Of a stretch of 54,818 bases of DNA, positions 36,394 to 45,536 are shown piece by piece. Position 1 is the stretch's first letter, and each line of letters begins with the position of its first letter. The notes beneath the pieces are model-generated. The model searched no databases, had not been told where the DNA came from, and saw only the letters and a list, made by a program, of their open reading frames with translations. The position numbers and the translations under genes were made by a program. The DNA comes from Nocardioidaceae bacterium (lineage in GTDB: Bacteria; Actinomycetota; Actinomycetes; Propionibacteriales; Nocardioidaceae), in assembly GCA_013696555.1 (NCBI GenBank), contig JACCYJ010000093.1, positions 1-54,818 on the forward strand. Reading direction: 5' to 3'.

Positions 36394-38053
36394 GCCGGGT
36401 TGGATCGGGCACGGTGTCCGCGGGCCGCCTCAACCGCAGCCGGCGCGACAGCACCCACAGCGGCAGCGCCGGTACGGCCATCAGCAGCGTGAGGAGCACC
36501 GAGAGGGCGGCGGTGGGACCGATGCGTCCCAGCTCTTGGCTGTTGAGGACGATCACCGCGAGGGTCTCGCTCCCGGGGCCGTAGAGCAGGCTCGACATCG
36601 TCACTTCGTGCAGGGCGGTCAGGAAGCAGACCAGCCACGCCCCGAGCAGCGCAGGTGCCATCGGCCGCAGCGCCACGGTACGCGCCGCCGTCAGCCGGGT
36701 TGCCCCGCTGGCGCGGGCCGCGTAGAGCTCCTCGGGGACGAGCCGGTCGAGCGCCCCGGTGATCGGTCGGTGGGCCAGCGCCCACAGCTTGGCCAGGTAG
36801 GCCACCAAGATGAGAACCAGGCTCCCGGCCAACCACCGGCCGTACGTGATGAGCAGAGCCACGGCGAGGGTCGAACCGGGCAGGGCCAGAGTGAGGATGC
36901 TCATCGTCGCCACCCCACGTCCGAACCGGCGGTGCTCGAGCAGCGCGACGCAGCCGCCGATCACGACGAGCACGCTGGCGGCGAGTACCGCCAGCCCGAC
37001 GCTGCGCCCCAGGGCTTCGATCGAGCGTTGGTCGATGACGAGGCAGAAGTTGTCGAGGGTCCAGTTGCTGGGCCGTGGCGGCAGTCCGACTGCCCGAGTG
37101 AGAGCGGCCGACAGCAGCGCGAGCAGTGGCAGGCCTACGGCCACGACGAGGTAGCTCCCCAGTCCGGCCGCCACCCATCTGCTGGCCGACGGGCGGCGGC
37201 TGAAGGGTGCGCCGGCGGGTTCGGCGACCCGAGTCACGCGCAGCCGCGGGCTGAGCGTGGCATCTGCGGGCGCCACGACGGCAGCGGTGAGCAGGACGAG
37301 CACCAGGGCGAGCGCGACCGCCTCGACGAACGAGAGCGGGTCGCTGGCGAAGGAGAGGTCGGCGTAGATCTTCGTGGTCAGGGTCGTGAACCCGGCGGGG
37401 GCGCCCATGACCTGTGGCACCGCGAAGCTCTGCAGGCTCAGCACGAAGACCAGGACCGACGCTGCCGCAAGGGATGGCCGCAACAGCGGCAGGGTGACGG
37501 TGCGGAGCACGGTGGTGCCGCTTGCGCCGGAAGCCCGCGCGGCCCGTTCCAGGTCCGGCTCGGCGCGCGCGGCCAACCCGACCGCCGCCAAGAGGTACGC
37601 CACTGGCGCCGTGCTGGCCACGAGGACGGCCAGGACGCCGCCCGGGCCGAGGACCCCCTGCCAGTGCACCCCCACCAGCGCATCGGTGAAACCTGCTCGG
37701 CCGTACGCCTGGGTCCAGCTGTAGCCGAGGACGAACTCCGGAACCACCACGGGCAGTAGCACCGCGACGCGCCAGAACGCTCGCCCGGGCACGTCGGAGT
37801 GGCGTAGCCCGACGGCCATCGCCGTCCCGAGCGGGACGGCAAGCAGCATCACCGCCACTGACAGCCCGACGGAGTTGACGGCAGCCGTACGGACCTCGGG
37901 TGAGCTGAGGATCAGCTTGGACGTGCCCGCGCCCTCGCGGACCACGATCTCGACCAAACGTGCGACCGGCAGCACGACGAGCACCATGACGAGCCCGGCC
38001 GCGAGGACGACCAGTGACCACGGCGAGGAGCCTGCGGGCGCGGCTGGTCGCAC
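36359..38053 (-). CDS. ABC transporter permease (duplicated TMD, iron-type FbpB-like)
   Basis: Highly hydrophobic two-module permease. GTG at 38053 lies 2 nt after the stop of the upstream binding-protein gene. The tracked ORF start at 38599 overlaps that gene and is an extension. Confidence 0.85.
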   Translation of the reverse strand: MRPAAPAGSSPWSLVVLAAGLVMVLVVLPVARLVEIVVREGAGTSKLILSSPEVRTAAVNSVGLSVAVMLLAVPLGTAMAVGLRHSDVPGRAFWRVAVLLPVVVPEFVLGYSWTQAYGRAGFTDALVGVHWQGVLGPGGVLAVLVASTAPVAYLLAAVGLAARAEPDLERAARASGASGTTVLRTVTLPLLRPSLAAASVLVFVLSLQSFAVPQVMGAPAGFTTLTTKIYADLSFASDPLSFVEAVALALVLVLLTAAVVAPADATLSPRLRVTRVAEPAGAPFSRRPSASRWVAAGLGSYLVVAVGLPLLALLSAALTRAVGLPPRPSNWTLDNFCLVIDQRSIEALGRSVGLAVLAASVLVVIGGCVALLEHRRFGRGVATMSILTLALPGSTLAVALLITYGRWLAGSLVLILVAYLAKLWALAHRPITGALDRLVPEELYAARASGATRLTAARTVALRPMAPALLGAWLVCFLTALHEVTMSSLLYGPGSETLAVIVLNSQELGRIGPTAALSVLLTLLMAVPALPLWVLSRRLRLRRPADTVPDPTRRENAQHARARG

Positions 38054-38055
38054 TC

Positions 38056-39039
38056 TCAGCTGCCGAACAGCTGCTGGTAGTCGGCGAGGAGGTCGTCCTT
38101 GTGGGTCACGATCGTGGGCCAGTCCGGCTGAACGACGGGAGCGTCCACCGGGACGGTCGGTCCGGAGACCCCGGTCCTGGTCGGGTAGGAGCCGGCGTCG
38201 GCGAGGGTGGTCTGGCCAGGTTCGCTGATGACGAAGGAGATGAAGTCCTGGGCGGACGTGGACCCGGCGGCGTCGGTCGCCAAGGCGACCGGTCCGTAGA
38301 CCGCCACCGCCCCGGGCTCCGGCCACGTCACACCGATCGGTGACCCCGACTCCTGGGCGACGTACGCCGAGTTGGCGGTCGTGAGGCCGGCGTCGTAGAT
38401 CCCCTGGGCGACGCCAGTCGTGACCTCGTCCGGCGTGCTGACCTGGACGGCGCCGTGGTCTACCAGGCCTCGGTAGAAGTCGAGCCCGTACCCCTCGGCG
38501 CCAGCGAAGTAGCCCAGAGCTCCCAGCGCCGAGGCGGCAAACGCGGGATCCGGGATCGCCAGGCCGCCGTCGTAGTCCGCACCGGCCAGGTCCGACCACG
38601 TTTGCGGAGCCGGAACATCGTTGCGATGCACCGCCACGATGTACAAGACGGCGGCTCCCACCCAGTCCGCGGTCCGGTACTCGGCCGGGATCTCCGGGGC
38701 GTTGTCAGGAGTCCAACCTCCGACGAGATCCTGGTCGACCAAGCCCTGCATCGTGATCGGGTCACACGCCCACACCACGTCCGCCCGCAGCCCCCCGGAC
38801 CGCACGTCCCCGGCCACCCTGGCGTTCAGCTCGGCAGTCGGGGCCCGGAACAGCTCGACGTCGGTGCCCGAGTTGGCCAGCTCGAACTCCTCGATCATCG
38901 CCTGGGCGACGGCGTCGTCCACGCACGTGTAGAGCATGACCGGGTCCGACGCGTCCGCGGGGCCGTCATCCTGGCTGCACGCCGCGGCCAGCAGAACGAG
39001 GGCGAGGAGAATCGCCGATCCGACCCGTCGGGCAGTCAT
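38056..39039 (-). CDS. ABC transporter substrate-binding lipoprotein (iron/thiamine-type)
   Basis: MTARRVGSAILLALVLLAAAC lipobox signal, periplasmic binding-protein-like body. First gene of an SBP-permease-ATPase operon. Confidence 0.85.
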   Translation of the reverse strand: MTARRVGSAILLALVLLAAACSQDDGPADASDPVMLYTCVDDAVAQAMIEEFELANSGTDVELFRAPTAELNARVAGDVRSGGLRADVVWACDPITMQGLVDQDLVGGWTPDNAPEIPAEYRTADWVGAAVLYIVAVHRNDVPAPQTWSDLAGADYDGGLAIPDPAFAASALGALGYFAGAEGYGLDFYRGLVDHGAVQVSTPDEVTTGVAQGIYDAGLTTANSAYVAQESGSPIGVTWPEPGAVAVYGPVALATDAAGSTSAQDFISFVISEPGQTTLADAGSYPTRTGVSGPTVPVDAPVVQPDWPTIVTHKDDLLADYQQLFGS

Positions 39040-39073
39040 GCTGCACCATAGGACAGAGCGTACGGTTGGCGGC

Positions 39074-39535
39074 ATGATGCGAGGACTGCTGATCGGTGCT
39101 GCCGCAGGGGCAGCCGGTACGACCGCACTCAACGCGGTGACCTATCTCGACATGGCGGTGCGGGGGCGCGGCTCGAGCGGTACGCCCGAGCAGACGGTCG
39201 AGGTGCTCGCGGACAGGGCCGGCGTCGGCATACCCGGCGATCCGGACACCCGTGACAACCGGCTGCAAGGGCTGGGTTCGCTCAGCGGCATCATCACGGG
39301 CGTGTCCATCGGCGCCCTGATAGGTGCCCTCCGTAGCGCCGGTCTCGTCCCGGGTCGAGTACTCGGCCCGCTCATCACCGGCGGGCTGGCGATGGCTGGC
39401 GCCAACGTGCCGATGGCGCGGCTCGGCATCAGCGACCCAAGCGAGTGGGGCGCCCAGGACTGGGCGGCCGACGTGGTGCCACATCTAGCGTACGGCGCCG
39501 TCACCCACGCCGTGTTGGAAGCTGTCGGCGACTGA
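39074..39535 (+). CDS. Small Gly/Ala-rich membrane protein, function unknown
   Basis: ATG ATG at 39074. Several hydrophobic Gly-rich segments (LLIGAAAGAAG, ITGVSIGALIGAL, LITGGLAMAGA). Confidence 0.5.
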   Translation: MMRGLLIGAAAGAAGTTALNAVTYLDMAVRGRGSSGTPEQTVEVLADRAGVGIPGDPDTRDNRLQGLGSLSGIITGVSIGALIGALRSAGLVPGRVLGPLITGGLAMAGANVPMARLGISDPSEWGAQDWAADVVPHLAYGAVTHAVLEAVGD

Positions 39536-39538
39536 CAA

Positions 39539-40756
39539 TCAGTCGGTGTCGCGCAACAGCACCGTGTAGCCACGGCCGCCGTGCGCTTCGACGGCGTTCG
39601 AGATACCCGGCACCAGGTACGGCGTCCGACGCGTCGCGGTTCCGCCGTCACCGAGCTGGCCGAAGTCGTTGTGACCCCAGTCATAGAAGGTGCCGGTGGT
39701 GCTGACGACCAGCGTGGTGTCGCGCCCGGCTCCGATGGCCCTGATCTCCGGCAACCCGCTGACCCTCGTCGGCACCAGACGGTCCGTGCTACCGCCGACG
39801 CCGAGCTGGCCGCGCGTGTTCTCACCCCAGGTGTAGACGTCGCCGCCGGCGGTGAGCGCCACGGAGTGGTCCGCGCCGGCGATGACGGCGACCACGTTCG
39901 AGAGTCCCTGCACGGTCACGGGTGTCAAGCGCCTCGTGCGGGTGTTGTCGCCGAGCTGGCCGGAGGTGTTGAGACCCCAGGACCGAACCGTGCCATTCCC
40001 CATGACTGCCAGCGCATGGTTGCGCCCGGCGGCGACGGACACGACGCCGGAGAGGTTCGAGACCGTCACCGGAGTCGTCTGCCGTTGCGTCGTGGTTCCG
40101 TTGCCCAGCTCGCCGTTGGCGCCGCCGCCCCAGGACCTGACGGTCCCGCCTGCGAGGACGGCATAACTCATGTCGCGGCCACCGGCGATGCCAACGGCGT
40201 TGGACAGGCCGCTCACCGAGACAGGGGAGGAGCGCCGGGTGAGGGTACCGTCGCCGAGCTGCCCGAGGGAGTTGAAGCCCCACGAACGTACGCTGCCGTC
40301 ACCGAGCAGCGCGAGCGAGTGGTAGTGCCCGGTCGCGATCTCGGTTGCCCCACTCAGGCTCCCGATGCGGGTCGGGGTGGGCTGGTCGACGAGGTTGCCC
40401 TGACCGGTGGCGCCTTTAGAGCCCTCGCCCCATGACCAGACCTGACCGCCGATCCGCGCGAGTGCGTGCTCGCGGCCGCCGGCGATCTCATCGACGTCGA
40501 TGAGGCCGACCGCCTGGCCGAACGCAGCCCGGTTGTTCGTCGAACCCGAGCCGAGCTGGCCGCTGGCGCCCAGGCCGACCGTCCAGACGGTGTCACCGGC
40601 GCCGGCTTGCGTCGGCGCGGTTATGCCGGCGGCGGCGACAGGGGTGGCGACCAGGGCCACCAAGGCGAGGGCGTGCTTCCACCAGCACGTACGTCGAACG
40701 GTCACGGGGGCCTCCTCGGGGCCCTCAGTATCAGTCGGACATCGCCCATTGTCCAA
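39539..40756 (-). CDS. Secreted RCC1-repeat (seven-bladed beta-propeller) protein
   Basis: Signal-like HALALVALVATPVAAAG. Seven G(Q/E/A)(L/T)G.G repeats (GQLGSGS, GATGQGN, GQLGDGT, GELGNGT, GQLGDNT, GQLGVGG, GQLGDGG) spaced about 50 aa apart. Confidence 0.8.
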   Translation of the reverse strand: MDNGRCPTDTEGPEEAPVTVRRTCWWKHALALVALVATPVAAAGITAPTQAGAGDTVWTVGLGASGQLGSGSTNNRAAFGQAVGLIDVDEIAGGREHALARIGGQVWSWGEGSKGATGQGNLVDQPTPTRIGSLSGATEIATGHYHSLALLGDGSVRSWGFNSLGQLGDGTLTRRSSPVSVSGLSNAVGIAGGRDMSYAVLAGGTVRSWGGGANGELGNGTTTQRQTTPVTVSNLSGVVSVAAGRNHALAVMGNGTVRSWGLNTSGQLGDNTRTRRLTPVTVQGLSNVVAVIAGADHSVALTAGGDVYTWGENTRGQLGVGGSTDRLVPTRVSGLPEIRAIGAGRDTTLVVSTTGTFYDWGHNDFGQLGDGGTATRRTPYLVPGISNAVEAHGGRGYTVLLRDTD

Positions 40757-40771
40757 GGAATGCGAAACTTT

Positions 40772-41089
40772 TCAGGAGCCGCTCTCGCTGGCGTCGGAGT
40801 CGCCCTCGATGACGACGACCTCATAGGCGGCATCGAGTCGCACGTCCACGGTGTCGCCGTCGGTCTTCGTGACCTCGACCTCCCAGGTTGCGCCGTTCTC
40901 CGAATCGCGCTCAACCGAGTTGGCGCGCCCGCCCCCGGTGGCCTCCAATGCAGCCTTCGTCGCCGCCCGGGCTTGGGGCCCGCTGAGCGTTCCCTCGTCG
41001 TCAGAGCTACCGGCGACGGCGAGCCCGCCTCCCGCCACTGCGATCCCCACGGCGGCCGCCGCGGCCGCCACTGCCAGTCTCTTGTGCAT
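40772..41089 (-). CDS. PepSY-domain secreted protein
   Basis: 105 aa, signal peptide, ARAATKAALEATGGGRANSVERDSENGATWEVEVTKTDGDTVDVRLDAAYEVV. Confidence 0.7.
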   Translation of the reverse strand: MHKRLAVAAAAAAVGIAVAGGGLAVAGSSDDEGTLSGPQARAATKAALEATGGGRANSVERDSENGATWEVEVTKTDGDTVDVRLDAAYEVVVIEGDSDASESGS

Positions 41090-41161
41090 GAAAGACCTCC
41101 GCGATCAAGTCTCGATGCTCTGCTGCACCCAGTCCACTGATTGCAGAATCTCTCGGCGTCG

Positions 41162-41221
41162 CTGAAGCCAGCCTGAAGGGGCGTTCAGCTGCAGGTTTGC
41201 GGGCGTTCAGGACAGCTTCAG
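41162..41221. promoter_or_regulatory. Helically phased CTGAA/TTCAG motif array, including two GGGCGTTCAG direct repeats (candidate response-regulator operator)
   Basis: CTGAA at 41162 and 41173. TTCAG at 41184, 41206 and 41217 (spacings 11, 11, 22, 11). GGGCGTTCAG at 41179..41188 and 41201..41210. Lies in the divergent PepSY / response-regulator intergenic region. Confidence 0.5.
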
Positions 41222-41244
41222 CGCCGGCGTGCGACCGTGGAATC

Positions 41245-41922
41245 ATGCGCGTCCTGGTGGTGGAAGACGACTTGCATCTCGCCCGGGCCATCCGTCGTGG
41301 CCTGGAGTCGGAGGGCTTTGCCGTCGACGTCGCACCGGACGGCGAGGAAGGTCTCTGGCTTGCTGCCGAAAGCGCCTATGACGCAATCGTCTTGGACATC
41401 ATGCTGCCCGGTGTCGACGGCTACACGGTCTGCGCCCGACTGCGCGAGGCGGACAACTGGGCGCCGATCCTGATGCTCACCGCGCGGAACGGTGAGTTGG
41501 ACGAGACGGCCGCCCTCGACACCGGGGCCGACGACTTCTTGGCCAAACCTTTCTCGTACATGGTGTTGGTGGCCCGGTTGCGGGCCTTGCTGCGCCGCGG
41601 CCGAAAGGAGCGGCCCAGCGTGCTCCACGTCGGCGACCTGTCGCTCGACCCGGCACAACACCGGGTGGCGAGGGGTGACACCCCGGTCGACCTCACGCCG
41701 CGGCAGTTCTCACTGCTGGAGTTCTTCATGCGCCGTCCCGGTGAGGTGCTGTCCAAGACCGAGATCCTCAACCACGTCTGGGACTTCGCGTTCGAAGGAG
41801 ATCCCAACATCGTCGAGGTGTACGTACGCCAACTGCGGCAACGTCTCGACGAGCCCTTCGGCCGCACCAGTCTGCGGACCGTGCGACTGGTCGGCTACCG
41901 GCTGGACCCCGACGGCGGATGA
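41245..41922 (+). CDS. OmpR-family response regulator
   Basis: MRVLVVEDD.., DAIVLDIMLPGVDG, winged-helix C-terminus (LTPRQFSLLEFF..VRLVGYRL). The tracked start at 41197 is an extension. Confidence 0.9.
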   Translation: MRVLVVEDDLHLARAIRRGLESEGFAVDVAPDGEEGLWLAAESAYDAIVLDIMLPGVDGYTVCARLREADNWAPILMLTARNGELDETAALDTGADDFLAKPFSYMVLVARLRALLRRGRKERPSVLHVGDLSLDPAQHRVARGDTPVDLTPRQFSLLEFFMRRPGEVLSKTEILNHVWDFAFEGDPNIVEVYVRQLRQRLDEPFGRTSLRTVRLVGYRLDPDGG

Positions 41923-43322
41923 CAATGTCCTCCTGGTGGCGACGCAAGGCGCCGCTGTTCGCCACCGTCCGGTCGCGGACGACGCTGATCGCCGCGGTCG
42001 TCGTTGCCTTGGCCCTGTTGGCGGCGGCGGCGGCGCTGCTCGCCACGCTCGAGAACGCCCTGGTACGAAGTGGCGACTCGTCCGCCCGGACACGGGCCGG
42101 CGACCTGGTGCAGCTCTCCCAGGCCGGTGCGTTACCGCAGTCGTTGCCGGTGCCGCGCGAGGAGGAGTTCGCCCTGGTGATCGGCGTCGACGGCGCCGTC
42201 GTCGCGGCCAGCCCCGGTCAGTCGCCGTTCCAGCAGGTGAAGGACTTCCAGCCCACCGGAGTCGAACCGGAGGTCCGGACCGTCAGCCAGGTACTCGAGC
42301 CCTACGGCAGTGAGCGGGAGGACTACCGGGTGTGGGCTCAGCGTGCCGAGTCGGCGCCGCAAGGCACGTACACCGTGTACGTCGGCTACAGCCTGGAATC
42401 GGTCACCGAGACCATGAGCACCATCCGGCGGGCTCTCTCGATCGGGTTGCCGGCGTTGTTGCTGTTGCTCGGAGTGGTCACCTGGATCCTGGTCGGGCGC
42501 GCACTCCGCCCGGTCGAGTCGATCCGCTCCGAGGTCGCCGACATCTCCGGCGGCGCCCTCGACCGCCGGGTCCCCGTCCCCCCGACCCGCGACGAGATCG
42601 CCCGGCTCGCGACCACGATGAATGCCATGCTCGACCGGCTGCAGACCGCGAACGAGCTGCAACGGCGTTTCGTGGCCGATGCCTCGCACGAGCTACAGAG
42701 TCCGCTGGCGTCGTTCCGGACGCAGCTGGAGGTCGCCCGCGCGCATCCGGACGGCACGGACTGGGACGAGTTGGTCACCGCCCTCCTGGCCGACAGCGCG
42801 CAGATGGAGCGGCTCGTCCGCGGGCTGCTGTTCCTGGCGCGCAGCGACGAAGGTGCGCCACCGCCGGCGCACGCTCCGGTCGACCTCGACGTCATCGTGC
42901 TCGAGGAGAGCCGCCGGCTGCGCCCGACAGCGGGGATCCGGCTGGTGACCGAACGCGTCTCCGGTGCGCCGCTGGCGGGCAGCCGCGACGAGCTGACCGG
43001 CATGGTTCGCAATCTGCTCGAGAATGCTGTCCGGCACGCCACCACGACAGTCACGATCGAGTTGGGCCTCGCCGACGGTGGTGTCCGTCTGATCGTACGC
43101 GACGACGGTCCCGGTGTCCCTGCGGAGCAGCGGGAGCATATTTTCGAGCGGTTCGTCCGGCTGGATGCCGGGCGCAGCCGCGGGTTCGGTGGGGCCGGAC
43201 TCGGCCTGGCGATCGCGCGGGAGGTCGCCCATCGGCACGGCGGCAGCATCGAGATGGCGGAGGGGGAGGGCGCTGTCTTCGTGGTGGACCTGCCGAAGGG
43301 GCTGCAACCTACGCTAGCGTAG
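41919..43322 (+). CDS. Sensor histidine kinase (2 TM + HAMP + HisKA + HATPase_c)
   Basis: ATGA overlap with the regulator gene. H-box DASHELQSPLAS, N-box RNLLENAVRHA, G1 DDGPGVP, G2 GGAGLGLAIA. Confidence 0.88.
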   Translation: MTMSSWWRRKAPLFATVRSRTTLIAAVVVALALLAAAAALLATLENALVRSGDSSARTRAGDLVQLSQAGALPQSLPVPREEEFALVIGVDGAVVAASPGQSPFQQVKDFQPTGVEPEVRTVSQVLEPYGSEREDYRVWAQRAESAPQGTYTVYVGYSLESVTETMSTIRRALSIGLPALLLLLGVVTWILVGRALRPVESIRSEVADISGGALDRRVPVPPTRDEIARLATTMNAMLDRLQTANELQRRFVADASHELQSPLASFRTQLEVARAHPDGTDWDELVTALLADSAQMERLVRGLLFLARSDEGAPPPAHAPVDLDVIVLEESRRLRPTAGIRLVTERVSGAPLAGSRDELTGMVRNLLENAVRHATTTVTIELGLADGGVRLIVRDDGPGVPAEQREHIFERFVRLDAGRSRGFGGAGLGLAIAREVAHRHGGSIEMAEGEGAVFVVDLPKGLQPTLA

Positions 43323-43328
43323 GTAGGC

Positions 43329-44273
43329 ATGACGACGACCCACATTGCCGACACGTCGCTCCTGCTCGAGCTGGAGCAGGTAGTCGAGCGAAACCTCGAA
43401 CGCCACCTCACGGTGGCCAAGGAGTGGTTCCCGCACGAGTACGTGCCGTGGAGCGAGGGTCGCACGTTCGACGGGGTGCTCGGCGGTGAACCCTGGCGGC
43501 TCGAGGACTCACAGGTCAGCGACGTGGCCCGCTCCGCCCTCATCATCAACTTGCTGACCGAGGACAACCTGCCCAGCTACCACCACGAGATCGCCGTGCT
43601 GTTCGGGCGGGACGCGGCCTGGGGCGAATGGGTTCACCGCTGGACCGCCGAGGAGGGTCGGCACGGCGCCGCGATCCGCGACTACCTGTTGGTGACCCGC
43701 GCCGTCGACCCGATCGCGCTGGAACGTGCGCGGATGGACCACATGGCGGCCGGCTTCACGTCCAACCACCACGCCGACCTGCTCGAGTCGCTCGCGTACG
43801 TCTCCTTCCAGGAGCTGGCGACCCGGGTGTCGCACCGCAACACCGGCAGGATCACCGGCGACCCGGTCTGCGATGCGCTGCTCGCCAAGATCGCCGCCGA
43901 CGAAAACCTGCACATGATCTTCTACCGCAACCTGCTCCAGGCGGCGCTCGAGCTGGCGCCGGACCAGACGATGCGCGCGATCACCGACGTGGTCACCTCG
44001 TTCGAGATGCCTGGCGCCGGCATCGCCGGCTTCCAGCGCAAGGCCGTCGAGATGGCGGTCGCCGGGGTGTACGACCTCAGGCAACACCGCGACGAGGTCG
44101 TGATGCCCGTGCTGCGCTACTGGAAGGTGTTCGACGTCGAAGGACTGGGGGAGGACGGCGAGACGGCCCGCAAGGAGCTGAGCACCTTCCTCGACACGCT
44201 AGACGCCTCCGCAGCGCGCTTCGAGGAGAAACGCGACGCCCTGAAGGCGCGCCTGGCGGCCCGCGCCGGCTGA
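43329..44273 (+). CDS. Soluble acyl-ACP desaturase (DesA-like di-iron enzyme)
   Basis: Di-iron motifs TEDNLPSYH, WTAEEGRHG, FQELATRVSH, AADENLHMIFY. Starts 6 nt after the kinase stop codon. Confidence 0.88.
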   Translation: MTTTHIADTSLLLELEQVVERNLERHLTVAKEWFPHEYVPWSEGRTFDGVLGGEPWRLEDSQVSDVARSALIINLLTEDNLPSYHHEIAVLFGRDAAWGEWVHRWTAEEGRHGAAIRDYLLVTRAVDPIALERARMDHMAAGFTSNHHADLLESLAYVSFQELATRVSHRNTGRITGDPVCDALLAKIAADENLHMIFYRNLLQAALELAPDQTMRAITDVVTSFEMPGAGIAGFQRKAVEMAVAGVYDLRQHRDEVVMPVLRYWKVFDVEGLGEDGETARKELSTFLDTLDASAARFEEKRDALKARLAARAG

Positions 44274-44281
44274 GCCGGCAA

Positions 44282-44347
44282 CCGTCGATTGGCGCCAAGC
44301 GGTTGCCGACACGCCGATGCGGTTCGCGGCAAGACGCCACTCGACGA
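44282..44347 (-). repeat. 63-nt dispersed repeat, copy 3 (inverted orientation)
   Basis: The reverse complement reads tcgagtGGCGTCTTGCCGCGAACCGCATCGGCGTGTCGGCAACCGCTTGGCGCCAATCGACGg. Starts 9 nt after the desaturase stop codon. Confidence 0.85.
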
Positions 44348-44379
44348 CAGGAACCAATCAGCGGCAACGCCATGATGTT

Positions 44380-45213
44380 GTGGTGGCAGACATCCGAGTC
44401 GGGATCTCGGGGTGGCGCTACCCGCCATGGCGGGGTGCCTTCTACCCGGCGGGGTTGCCGCAGCGGCGCGAGCTCGGGTACGCCGCGGAGCGGTTGAGCT
44501 CCATTGAGATCAACGGGTCGTTCTACTCGCTGCAACGCCCGTCGAGCTATCGGGCCTGGCGCGAGCAGACCCCGGACGACTTCGTCTTCGCGGTCAAGGG
44601 CGGTCGCTTCATCACCCACCTGAAGAAACTCGCCGGGGTGGAGACTGCAGTGGCGAACTTCTTCGCCTCCGGCGTCCTGGCTCTCGGCCCCAAGCTGGGG
44701 CCGATCCTCTGGCAGCTGCCACCGATGCTCGGCTACGACGCCGAGCGGCTGAGCCGCTTCTTCGATCTCTTGCCCCGCACCACAGCCGCGGCCGCGGACC
44801 TTGCCCAGCAACACGACGCGAAGATTCCTGACGACCGGGCCTTGACCACGACCGAGGCCGACCTGCCGATCCGGCACGCGCTGGAGGTTCGCCACCGGAG
44901 CTTCGAGAACAGCGAAGCGGTCGACCTGCTGCGCCGGCACGACATTGGACTCGTGGTTGCCGACACCGCCGGCAAGTGGCCGATGATGACCGATGTCACC
45001 TCCGACTTCGTCTACGTCCGGCTTCACGGCGCCGAAGAGCTGTACGTCAGCGGGTACACACCCGAGGGGCTCGAGCGCTGGGCGGCGCTCGCCCGGCGCT
45101 GGCGCGCATCCGGGCTCGACGTGTACGTCTACTTCGACAACGACGCCAAGGTCCACGCCCCGTACGACGCGCTGTCCCTCACCGACCGCGTACGACAAGA
45201 GGGGCTCGGCTGA
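44380..45213 (+). CDS. DUF72-family protein
   Basis: IRVGISGWRYPPWRGAFYP..INGSFYSL..FVFAVKG.RFITH is typical DUF72. Start set to the in-frame GTG at 44380/44383, because the tracked start (44317) lies inside repeat copy 3. Confidence 0.8.
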   Translation: MVADIRVGISGWRYPPWRGAFYPAGLPQRRELGYAAERLSSIEINGSFYSLQRPSSYRAWREQTPDDFVFAVKGGRFITHLKKLAGVETAVANFFASGVLALGPKLGPILWQLPPMLGYDAERLSRFFDLLPRTTAAAADLAQQHDAKIPDDRALTTTEADLPIRHALEVRHRSFENSEAVDLLRRHDIGLVVADTAGKWPMMTDVTSDFVYVRLHGAEELYVSGYTPEGLERWAALARRWRASGLDVYVYFDNDAKVHAPYDALSLTDRVRQEGLG

Positions 45214-45536
45214 GGATCACGCATCGTTCACGCTGCCGTCGCCTGCCGCTCAAATGGGTACGGCAGCCTGGCGCTCCGTGAGAGCCAATCTGATGATCCT
45301 GGCGACAGTTCTTGCCGTGACGACCGCGACGTCTGGTCGGCGCCGGACCCTCGGATCAGGTCACGCCGGGGCGAAGCCGTTGTCGAGACCCCTTCGCTAG
45401 GGTCCGCTGATTCGCTCCGTCAACTGACGGTGGTCCGCGATCCTCGGTCGCCCAGCTGCGGGCGGTGTTCGCCCGCGACCGGTGGAGAGGGCATGCTCGC
45501 AGTGTGAGCAATCGTGTCGCGGGTCGGCAAACATTG

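Noticed and set aside
36377-38021. Long ORFs 36377..37759 (+) and 36390..38021 (-) overlapping the ABC permease
   Set aside because: Their translations are extremely Arg/Gly/Pro/His-rich with no hydrophobic or family-like structure. They are alternative-frame shadows of the permease gene.
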